Below, piece after piece: positions 11,402-21,599 of a stretch of DNA of 33,000 nt (positions within the stretch are counted from its first letter, which is position 1; each line of letters opens with the position of its first letter). Where the stretch lies: positions 248,001-281,000 of the forward strand of contig RDEW01000040.1 of assembly GCA_011109175.1 (NCBI GenBank). The letters are read 5' to 3'. The notes beneath the pieces are model-generated. The model was given only the letters and a program-made list of their open reading frames with translations, had not been told where the DNA came from and made no database searches. Source of the DNA: Dicyema japonicum. Its lineage: Eukaryota > Animalia > Dicyemida. The translations under genes were made by a program, and so were the position numbers.

Positions 11402-14400
11402 ATGCCGAGTGATAAATTCAGTTTATATAAAAATGAAGTGAGAAAAAGTTTGAATGAAAAATATAACGATCCCTATGATTGCATTTATTACTCTTTTTCA
11501 GCCATAGAAGACAGATTAATTTATTTACAAAAAGACGAGGGAGGTGAAATTTCCATCGTATGCGTCACAATAGATTTGAATACTAAGAGAAAAACCTATT
11601 TTTCGTTGAATTCAACATACTTAAAGTACTTTTCATTCCAATTTAGTGATCACTTTGGTGATGAGAGTAACCCACAGTTAGGCACAATCGTAGGATACTT
11701 TTGCGACAAAACTCACACATTTCTGTACTTTTATTCCTCGAAAGCCAAACTTTTTAGACTCGATTTAGTACTTTTATGATAAATATCTTCTAGAATGTTC
11801 TAGAATGTTATTATTTAAAGGAAAATGAGGAACTTTTTAAATATTTACCGAATCTCAATATAAACCCAGAGTCTCCATTGGTCTTCTCTTTAGTTCATGA
11901 GGACAATCTTTATGTTCTATACGGACCAAGAGCCAACCTCGTGGATGTTTACAAAATTGATCATTACAATATTGGTCCACACAAACATATCGAGGAAGAA
12001 TTCTTAAGAAAACGTGGACATTGGTGGGCTCAAGGTTTTCTAAATATTAAGTCTAGGTCACAGCACTACAACAAAATACATTTTGTCTGAAGCGTACAGC
12101 AAAAAAAGTCCCTCATATGTCTTTCCGTCAGAAAAGTTCCCAAGTTCTTCATTATTCCTACATTCTGTCAATCTATCAAAGACCCAAGTTGGAAATGTAT
12201 TAATCTAAGTTAAACAGAACATATCCTTCACCCGAGTGCCTTAAAGAATTCTTAAACGGTTGGGAGTATTTGCTAGACGTGGGATTTGTTCCTTTTGGGA
12301 ATTAGTTGACAATTTTTATCAATTTAGTGTATGGATTCACGTGTGCAATCGAGAACAGAACTATTTTGGGACATTTTTGCTCCATGTCGAAATTTTTTTC
12401 AAGGAAAACCCTAATTTGACTGAATATCTGCTAAAATTGAGGATCTCTGAGGCCGAAAAATACTCCTATGTAGTGCCAGTATAATATTGCAGAAAGATGT
12501 GAATTTTGTATGCAGACAAGAAGGCGATCTTGAAATTTATTCCCTTTCGTACAATAAAGAAGGATTCTATCACGTGCACAAAATTGAGGTTGAATTGAAT
12601 GAGAGAGGTTACTATTTGGCTTATTCTTAGAACTTTCAAAGTCTCGCATAAATTGCCAGTTTTTGACGACGGGAGAATGGAACTGTAACCCCGGGATGGC
12701 CGTTAGAGTAGCTTATAATTTAAGATTTGTTTGAGTACGGAAAGAGTTTTCTTTATGGCTTATTGCAATAATTCTCTGGAGTCTCACTTGTTTACAGTTA
12801 TCTAATGCCAGGTTTTCAGTCAAAATCCCCTCAGATGCCTTCGAACCTAGTGTTGTCACGTGGGATGGGTACGATCACTTCTGCCTACTAAACCAGGTTA
12901 TTTTATGGATAATCCACTTCGAATAGGATTGTGATAGATTTCTCGATATTTATTCGAANTATTATTATTATTTAAGCCAAAGAAACACCGTCTTAACCAA
13001 TAACTAATATTCAGGTGATCCCGGCATCTCTCAATAATCGGGCCATTTTTTCTCGATGCTCCGACTGTGATCCCACGCATTTTCTATACGGACGGGGGTC
13101 TTTTTCCTTTCCTCTTCTGAAATTGCCTCCAGTTGCCTCTATGATAGACTCGAGTGCTCTGGGGGCAATTTCTTTATCTGTATATTTTTCTAGTAACTTT
13201 TTTGCTCTTGACTGGATATCTTGAATTTTTGTTAGGTTCGTTGCCGACAGGTTAGATCCCCATGCAGCACATGCATAGCCTATTGTTGGCTCGACATACT
13301 GCTTGTAGAGGGTCCCGATACCTGGCGGATAAATTCCTCCACAGTTCCAAAGGAAGGCCTTTACAAAATTGATCTTCTTTGCACAGGTTGATATGATAGA
13401 TTCCACATGGGCTGAGAAGCAGAGGAAAGTATCAAAAGTTACTCCCAGTATCTTCTGCGTTTTCTTTTGTGGTATAGGTACTCCATTTAACGTGACATCA
13501 ATTGTTTGCGTTCCCATCTTTCTATTCTTAGTAAATAGAGTGACTGCTGACTTTTCGGAACATGCATTTAATCGATTTCGCACAACCATCCAAATATGTT
13601 ATTTAGTATTCCTTGTAGTCTTTCCTTAGCATGTTCGACATTTACGTCTCTAGATGCGACAACTATGTCATCGGCATAGAAAGTAGTATGTCATTATTAT
13701 TCATAGGTACGGGAGATCACTCAAAAACAAATTAAAAAGGATTGGTGACAGAGGAGATCCTTGGGGTACACCATTGGGTAATAATCCCGATCTGGAACTC
13801 TTGTTTCCGACGGATACTTTCCCTCGGCGTCCACTTACGAAATTTGCTAACCATAACTTTAATGGTGCATCAATTTTTGTCAAAAATATTTTTCGTATGA
13901 GGATCTTCCTTGGGACAGAGTCGAAAGCTTTTTGAATATCGATCGTACATATGACCGATTTTTCCTGTTTTGGCTTGTTCTTGTGTCCTTCAGTTATGAA
14001 CTTCATTAATGTTGTTAGGAAGGAGGTTGTTGATAATCCTTCCTTGAAGCCATGTTGGAATGTAGGTTGTGGGAGAAAAGGGCGAATAACTTTTAGGACC
14101 AGTTTCTCCAGGATCCTCGACAAAACACATATAAGGGAAACTGGTCTGTAAGAGCCGGGATCGTTCTTCGGTCTTCCCGGCTTCAATATTGGTCGAATTT
14201 TTGATAGTTTCCATAAAGTCGGTATGGTATTTATGTTCAGCGATGTGTTGTAGATGTTTGTTAATGCATTTATTGATGCTGGGCCCAAGTGTTTCAGCAG
14301 AATAAGAGGAATTCCGTCTGGGCCACATGAGTTTGTTTTTTTCTGATTTGATATTGCTTTGGATACATCTTTAGGGAGAAAATAAATCAGCGGGGCAAAT

Positions 14401-15785
14401 TTGGATGGCTTTCTCTTTATTTTCGTTTGTGTGTTAATCTTTTTATAAGGAATGTGACTGATTCGAATACAATGTTTCATATATTTATTCAGATTGAGCT
14501 GGCATTGTTCTTTGTTATCTTCGTATTCTGGGTTCTTCAGACGCCTCAACATCTTCCACATGTTGGAAATTGAGGTCTGGTTATTCATGGCAGCAGAGAT
14601 TCGCATGAGTTTCTTCCTTTGGGTGTTGTTTGTGCTTCTCGTGATAAGAATGTTTAGTGACCTGATTCGATTAATAACCTCTCGTGAACGATGTATCATT
14701 TTCTTAAGGTTGTTTCTTTCCATAATTATTTTCTTGTTTTTGAGTCGTATTTCAATTTCGAATATCAACGCAAAGACAAGGTTTGACATTTTCTCGTTGA
14801 ATAAGGACGGGAGGTGGGGTTTTTCGATAAATATCTACTGTTCGGAAATTGATCGGAAATGTAAATTATCATTTTGACATTGACAGACGAAACTCACCTA
14901 TTTTCCTTTTCTGTCAATGGACATATTTTGAATGGAAGGTTTTCGATTTCCAATATTTTTGACCACAATTTGAAATACCCCGTTATTTTGTATGTTTATG
15001 GAGGACCGGGAAATCAAATGGTCACAAACTCTTACATTGATCATCACAATATGTAACTATTCTCTTTAAAATGAGCTGCGACATTTTTTGCTCCCAAGAA
15101 TACGTTCTTGTTATTGTCGATGGACGAGGAAGTGGAAACCGGGGACTAACATTCGAGCAATTCATTTATGGCAGCTTAGTAAGATTTATAGTAATTCGAG
15201 GGAACCGTGGAATTGGATGACCAAATAAAGGCCCTTTTATTCCTAAACCAGGAAGTTGATTTTCTTGACCTCTCACGAGTGGCCATTTGTGGCTTTTCTT
15301 ATGGTAGAACTCATTTCTTATTGTTTTAGGTGGATATCTCGCTTTGATGGCTCTTATCAAGTATCCCAACTTTTTTAAGGCATTTAATTACTTTAATTTG
15401 GAAGGTTGGTTTGGCGGTTTCTCCTGTGACCTGTTGGATGAATTATAACGCGATTTATACCGAACGTTATCTCGGAGTCATGTCGAAGGAGTTGTATTTT
15501 GAGTCGTCCCCGCTTAAGTTTACTGATAAATTTCCCGACCAGTTTTAATGTGATTTATTTCAGAGATGGAAGGCTGTTTATTTCTCACGGACTTGTTGAT
15601 GATAACGTTCATTTTCGCCATGCTGCTGATTTGGCATCACTTTTGAACATTTATTGTAAACCTTACTATTTCAATGTATTTGAGAATTTCTATTTTATCA
15701 GATTAGACCGAAGGATGGACATAATCTGGGTTCTTTGTTACATTTTTATACCACGGTACTCACTTTCTTGGATTTAAATATTTGA
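11402..15785 (+). CDS. DPP9: Dipeptidyl peptidase 8/9 (S9B); this allele is interrupted by a LINE at 12960-14756
   Basis: Spliced product has EEEFLRKRGHWW, WEYLLDVGF, EGFYHVHKI, LTTGEW, KYPVILYVYGGPG, VDGRGSGNRG, catalytic GFSYGG, YTERYLG, HGLVDDNVHF and DGHNL, colinear with DPP8/9. It uses >12 introns of 22-30 nt, including GC-AG at 15380-15404. Confidence 0.9.
12960..14756 (-). mobile_element. 5'-truncated APE-RT LINE copy B (RT and C-terminus), apparently young, antisense inside DPP8/9
   Basis: GPDGIP..LKHLG, YRPVSLICVLSRILEK, QHGFKEG, DIQKAFDSV, GVPQGSPLSPILFNLF, YADD, ILGVTFD, ending DAGIT* plus an (AAT)n tail. Flanked by TTCGAA (12953-12958 and 14757-14762). Four 1-nt indels lie around YADD. 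Confidence 0.95.
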
Positions 15786-16699
15786 AAATTTACACTTTTT
15801 GTTTGTAGTTAGGTTTGTTTTTGTACTTAAAATTTATTTTGATCCCATACGAACGCTAAACAGTGTCTTACAGCATTGCAAAGGTTTAGCAAATCATATT
15901 CACTGAAATATTAGTATTTTGTCACGTGTAGAACGCTAATTCTATGATTGCTGTTTTGAGGACGAATGAGTTTCAGAGTGAGGCTTGATCAACTTGATGG
16001 CTGTTAAACTTGTATTATTTTACACTTCAAAATCCGGATATTCTTAAGAATTTAGATGATTCATACAACCAACCATTAACTAGCACATTTCCTATCACCT
16101 GTAATTGAATACATTATTATTGGATGTAAGCATCTGGTTGGTGATTTGGGGACAAATCTGGGTCGCTAAGTCATCACGATGGCCTTATAAATATTTTGTT
16201 CAAGATTATTTTTAACAAATCATATCTGTGAAATTTGATAGCAGCGAAGAACCTGGAAATCATGGGCTGATGTCTTCTATATTAGTTAGTTAAGCAATCC
16301 CGTAGGAGACCAGCGGCTATTAAGTAGGACGCAGCAAATGCTGGTCGCTCCCATAGATCGGTCAACTTTGACATGCTAGACGACGGTTCCCATTAAATGG
16401 CTTCCAATTAATTTTTTTAAGTTTTAGACAAATTCAACAATAGCATATTCTACAGACCATTGTTGCGTGTCTGAATTACATTGGTTAGGTTTTACTGTGG
16501 TCTTTGGAATTTTCTATTTCTTTCAATAGACAAGGGTTAAACTCTTTTGAAGTTACTTGCTCGAGTCCTCTTTTAGTTGATTTATTCACGTTCTCGTGAG
16601 ACTTGTATTAAAGCTAAAAAATATTAAAGTTATGAAATTACAATTCGAAGTAACGCCCAATGGTTTTTATCTGGTCTCTGGGGGACATATGCTCCAGAT

Positions 16700-16960
16700 A
16701 GCCTGTGTTACAAGTGCGTATTCCCCAAAAATTTGGTAAGTGGAGGTTCACGTTAGTATCTTGGTGGTTAATTGTGTGAAAGATTGAGCAGACGACGTAG
16801 CTTTGGTGTACAATGACAAAGATCTAATGCACTTAATGACCTCACCCATTAGGGGATATAACCTCGAATCCCTTCTAACCTAAATTTGAGGAATTTGGAC
16901 AAGTATGTATCACTTGAGGAGGGAATAAGGGAATCATTAATTCTCAAACGTTGTAATAAA
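16700..16960 (+). mobile_element. Possible highly decayed RT remnant
   Basis: The only recognisable motif is ADDVALV at 16788-16808. Confidence 0.3.
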
Positions 16961-17434
16961 TCATAAGTTCAATTTCCCCCCAACCAACTAATAGGTTTAC
17001 CTTCTAGTACTCCATTCTTTCCATTCATGTGACTCCATAATGATCATTTGGTATCTCACACTGCGTTAGAGAGGTTCTCACAACTGAAAAAAACTGGATG
17101 TTTTCTCACTTTCCTCTGGTCCTGAATGAACTTGTGTGATATTAGAAGAACTCTGTTTATGCGACCATTGTAACTGGATACAATTAATTGGTCGTTAACT
17201 AATGTTTTCTTATTTTACCCCCGGTCCCTTCGAGTAAAAGAAACCGATGGCTAATAAGAACGTTGCAGCCAAATCGGACGCTCCCAGAGATTCCACAAGT
17301 ATAATTGGTGGTAGACCCAGACAAGAGAAGGCGACTCGTCTCCTAGTCGTCAAGAAACTGTCTTTTTTCTAAGAGTATTCATGGTAATTCTAGAAAAAAC
17401 TTAAATAATCGTTAAAATGGTAAATTAAATAAAA

Positions 17435-18310
17435 CTAAGAAGGCAAGGAGTCCTTCCCACACTCGAAAAGTCGGTATCCAATAATCTTGACCCCAGCATC
17501 ATTTGTGTACTCAAATACTGTCCTTTCATCGTCCAAAAGATATTCCTGGGCCAAAAAACAGTCAGAAATATCCTCGTCTCCTTTATTATGAGTCAGCCTC
17601 CTCGGCCTCATACCAACCACGTGTTGGGCAAGGTTTCTCCCAACAATATCACCTTTTTGGATGTTTTCGTCGACATGTTTATACCAGATAAGTCCGGCAT
17701 ATTTAGAGAGAGAGATCCCATCAGGAAGATAAACTCCTTCAGCCAAAACTGAGGTGATATGTCAAAATACCTCCCCCATGCGTGTAAAGTCCAATTGAAA
17801 AGTCGCCTCTCGGTAAAAAGAAGGCCTTAGAAGCCTGAATTGTCTCCCCGAGTCTAACAACATTAGAGGCAATTTTCTCTTCAAAATTAAGGTCTGAGGC
17901 ACCGTAAAGAGTCTAAAATAATGAATGACAAAAAACCATAGGGACGGGGGAAAATCTTTGAAGGCAACTAGAAGATTAAGCAATAAATTTTGAAAAATGC
18001 CATTTTTTGCAACAAAATCAGTCTGGCAATTTAATTCGAGGATGTATAAGCCAGATGTATCCTGATTTATCCCAAGAAGCCCGTCCATGGTCTTAACGTG
18101 TCGCTGTGTTTTGGCCCACCCTTTAGCCTTTGCTTGTTGTTCCAAAAACACCTCCGCCTTCTCAAGGTCATATTCAAAATCCTTTAAAGCATTTTTACAT
18201 GCCGAAATGCTGTATCCTGTTTTCTGTCTCAAAACCTTCAGTAAATCCGCAGAGGTTGCTGTCGAAAAAAGACTTTTCCTAGCGAATAAGACAACTTTCT
18301 GTAAAAGCAT
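17435..18310 (-). CDS. TSFM: Mitochondrial elongation factor Ts
   Basis: LRQKTGYSISACKNAL; ELNCQTDFVAKN; EEKIASNVVRLGETI; LAQHVVGM; QEYLLD; RLFECG. Two micro-introns: one of 22 nt, and one of 24 nt that needs one extra C near 17946 (or a 17-nt alternative). The N-terminus looks like a presequence. Confidence 0.92.
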
Positions 18311-18414
18311 GATTTAAAATTAATTTAAAATTTTTGTGAATATTAAATTTAAAATATAAACTTTTATCAGACATGGTGACATTTCGTTTAGCTAGACCAT
18401 ACAATAAAGTGCTT

Positions 18415-18670
18415 CGTGCCGCCATGTGGTGTTTCGTGGCTAATTGGTTGAAGTTTCTGTTTGTTCGTCTGTTCCTCTTTTCTTCTATTAGAGTGGCGTC
18501 ATGTGATCCACCTGTCTAGGTGGTGCCAGGCCGACATGAAAAAGGATCATTTGCTCTCCCCCATTCCACTGGAGGGGTTTCCACAACTGCAAGTATGGAC
18601 GTCTTTTACCCTTTATGTTGATTCCGGATGGACTCTGTTTCTGTAGAAGTGGAAACTAGATACACTTAAT
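18415..18670. repeat. Dispersed repeat, copy 2; may extend to ~18785 (AATAAA at ~18712-18723)
   Basis: Same sequence blocks as copy 1, in the same orientation. Confidence 0.85.
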
Positions 18671-19319
18671 TAGTTGTTTACTTTAACTTATTTCTTGTGT
18701 ATCCGGGGTTAATAAATAATAAAGTTCTTATTGCTGTCACTCGAATCAAGATTAGCTTTGCGTTCGATCCCAGATTCCTACTTTCCTGGTTGAGCAATTC
18801 TGTTCTGATGTATGTCTTCTTCAAACTTTAAGAGGCGTCTTCAGTTGATTCTGTAATGTTATATGCCCTCTACAATCTTACTAAACATCTTTCAATGCAA
18901 GTATAGTACACTTGGAAGGATTGGAGTTAGTTAAACCATCAGAGATATGAGTAAGGATAGATGCTTTATGTTAATGTTGAGACGAAAACCGTTGCGAATC
19001 TGAAAAAAAAATAATCAAATATTAATTGAATAAAAACGTTTAACAATTTTGGACACTACGGATAGCAGAAAATCTATTTTTTGGGCTTCAGTGTCGGGAT
19101 TAAAGCTTGAATTCGGCAGTTATTGATAAATGCATAAATAATGATTGTGATTGCTTTACGGCGTTTTTCAGTTTACATGGACGGAGCATTTGTTAATGTT
19201 GATGTGACTCACTTTACTATCTGCTTGATTAGCGAAATCACGTGGGGTTAGATTGCTGTCAAATACTGGTGATGTGGGTTGTGTCGATTCTATTTGTGTA
19301 GACAGAAAACCACTTAGAG

Positions 19320-19455
19320 CCCACAGAAATCCAGCCTGGCACTGCCACGTGAGACAAGTGGATCACATAACGCCTCTCTAGTAGGAAAGGAAAAGAGGGG
19401 AAACAAAAAAAACAGAAAACTTCAACCAATAGCCATGTAGCACCACATGGCACGA
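19320..19455. repeat. Dispersed repeat, copy 3 (inverted and shorter)
   Basis: Reverse complement reads ttcgtgccatgtggtgctacatggctattggttgaag...tatgtgatcc...gtgccaggctgg. Confidence 0.85.
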
Positions 19456-19493
19456 ATCTGTGTAGATATCAAATATAACTTTCCAGGTCATAT

Positions 19494-19767
19494 TTATTTT
19501 ATTTAACCCCAAGACCACCAAAAAATAGGTTAAAACTAACTAATTAGGTGATCCCAGCATCCAACAATATCCGAACTCTCTTCATCTGGTCTTCTGATGA
19601 CCCGCATTCCGGAAGCGTCTTCTCTTCCTTTTGCAAAGGAATTCAATCGGCGTGCACTTTTTTATAACAGACCGAAATTCCTCTGCATGGGCCACCTTTT
19701 CCTTGAGTGGGTCCAGTTCCTTGCAGAAACGTAGGAAACCCCGGCTATTCTTCAACGTTGCCTTCAT
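19494..19767 (-). mobile_element. 274-bp 5'-truncated LINE copy C (same subfamily as copy A) with a 7-nt TSD
   Basis: ELDPLKEKVAHAEEFRSVIKKCTPIEF matches copy A ELGNPFRERVVHAEEFRSALKKCTPIEF. Ends LLDAGIT* and shares the 3' UTR ttggtggtcttgg. GTCATAT is duplicated at 19487-19493 and 19768-19774. Confidence 0.85.
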
Positions 19768-19888
19768 GTCATATATAATTTTTTTAAAACTAATTATCAA
19801 GAATTATCGAAAAGAAAAACTAATATTTCATTATTTCAAATTAAGTTTAATATTATTTTTATAAATAAATAATAATTTGAAAAGTGTC

Positions 19889-20397
19889 ATGCTGTGTTCA
19901 ATGTTTTCCAGGCGTTTTCCATCTATTTTTCGGGTCTGTCAGTCATATTATCACGAAAAGGTATAAATTTAGTACAATGCAAATAAGGTGATAGATCACT
20001 ACGAAAATCCAAGAAATGTCGGTTCGATGAATAAAAGCGATTCCTCAGTTGGAACAGGAATTGTAGGAGCTCCTGCTGTGGAGATGTGATGAAGATGCAG
20101 ATCAAAGTGGTCGATGATATGATCGTTGATGTAAAATTTAAAACATTTGGTTGTGGATCTGCCATTGCTTCCAGCTCTCTGGTTACTGAGTGGATTAAGG
20201 GGAAAACTGTAATGACGTTGATTAAGTTGTAGCTGAGCCAGGCAAAGATGATAACGAATGAAGACATCGCCAAGGAGCTATCTCTTCCTCCAATAAAACT
20301 GCATTGTTCATGTAACCACATTTTGTTTATTTAAGTGTTGGCTCATAATTGTATTGTGGCTGCCATTGATGACTACAAAAATAAAAACAAAAATTAA
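19889..20397 (+). CDS. ISCU: Mitochondrial iron-sulfur cluster scaffold ISCU; one base is missing at ~20077 in this sequence
   Basis: YHEKVIDHYENPRNVGS, GTGIVGAPA(C)GDVMKMQI, FKTFGCGSAIASSSLVTEWIKGKT, IAKELSLPPIKLHCS. Introns 19961-19987, 20209-20232, 20312-20335. Confidence 0.95.
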
Positions 20398-21599
20398 TTA
20401 TATTTCCTAATTTTCTTAATTTTCAATAACATTTTGTGATTTTATTTGTCTAGTTTTTCGTTTGTATATTTTTTCGTAATTGAGTTGTTGAAAGGTTGAG
20501 GTGGATCTTAAACACTATGCCTGGAAAACACGGAATTCATGGATGGACTTCTTCCTTTTGACATTCAATGTCAGAGGCAAGATGTAGGCTATTTGGATAT
20601 ATACCTCTTCTGGAGCTGAGGACCGCCGCAAACGTGGCCATGGAGGATTACTTTGTTCTGGACGTCCACGTTCTGGTGGTCGATCGAGGGCGACCATACG
20701 GACCGTCCTTAATGAAGACTTTAAAAAATCGGGATGGGGACGTGGCAGAGTCGTCAGAGATGGAAGAAGATAACTCGTAGTTTAATTTCTCGTGTTGCAC
20801 GTGTCTAGTCACGCCCCTTGACATAGCATAAGTGCGTATAATAGCAAAGGTCGAGGTGCTGGCGTACCTTTACTATACGAATGTTAAATCGCTTCAACAT
20901 GGATGAAACTCTGCTCGCCAGAATTGACGGGGAAAGAAATCGTGAGACGTCTGGAACCTGAAGTTAACCCCGTTGGAATGGAACATATCCTTTCCCAGCA
21001 TTATGTCCTTTCCAAGTATGGAATTTCTTTTACTGAAGTATGGAAACAATGGTTTTTTTCTGGATGCCAGGCAGAGATCCAATGACACCTCTAGGATTAG
21101 ATGAGGGAAAGGAGAATAGGGAAATTCTTCAAGTTGATATCCGTATCGGAATCGAATTCACATATAAACACCATGGTAGTGACATCACTATGGTAACTGA
21201 TCTTAGTTTTCGTAATAATAGCTACTATTTTTGCGGATAACTTTTCATTGTGCAAAAAGTTACAAAAGTGAAAATAAAACCAGTCAAAGTTGGCTTACAC
21301 AACTCTTTCCGTCCTCCAGGAACTACAACTTTCAACTTTTTCTCATTGGAGAACAAGACGCTGTGCAAAGCTAAAGAATCTGGAATAGCTAATGAAATGC
21401 CTATAACAGCCACCAATCAGAACACATAACTGTGAGAGCGGAACCCATTAGTGGAAAGCTTACGGATTCAACCGACTCTATTATGAAGTACTCAGACATC
21501 CTGGTTGTACGGATTTCAATCACGTCAACTACAAAATCGCCAATATACTGTATCTACACGATGAATCAGGATCTATGCGTTTGAGTCACATAGGCCCTG

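Noticed and set aside
11402-12630. Separate kelch/BTB-like gene upstream of the LINE
   Set aside because: Splicing continues in frame into LTTGEW and the motifs align colinearly with the DPP8/9 propeller; it is the 5' half of DPP8/9.
11183-16300. Shared ttagttagttaag-aatcc at ~11183 and ~16282
   Set aside because: Similarity does not extend beyond ~20 low-complexity bases.
18415-19455. Confident call of a single TIR transposon spanning repeat copies 2 and 3
   Set aside because: No matching TSD at the outer ends, the arms are clearly diverged and copy 1 has no partner. Kept only as one alternative in the repeat finding.
19923-20321. 132-aa minus-strand ORF, and similar antisense ORFs over DCST, TSFM, NMD3 and LINE B
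   Set aside because: These are shadows of genuine genes on the opposite strand and have no independent motifs.
20515-21300. Short ORFs as a host gene or an integrase
   Set aside because: No consistent spliced frame or recognisable motif was found; this may be the decayed 5' part of the downstream LINE.
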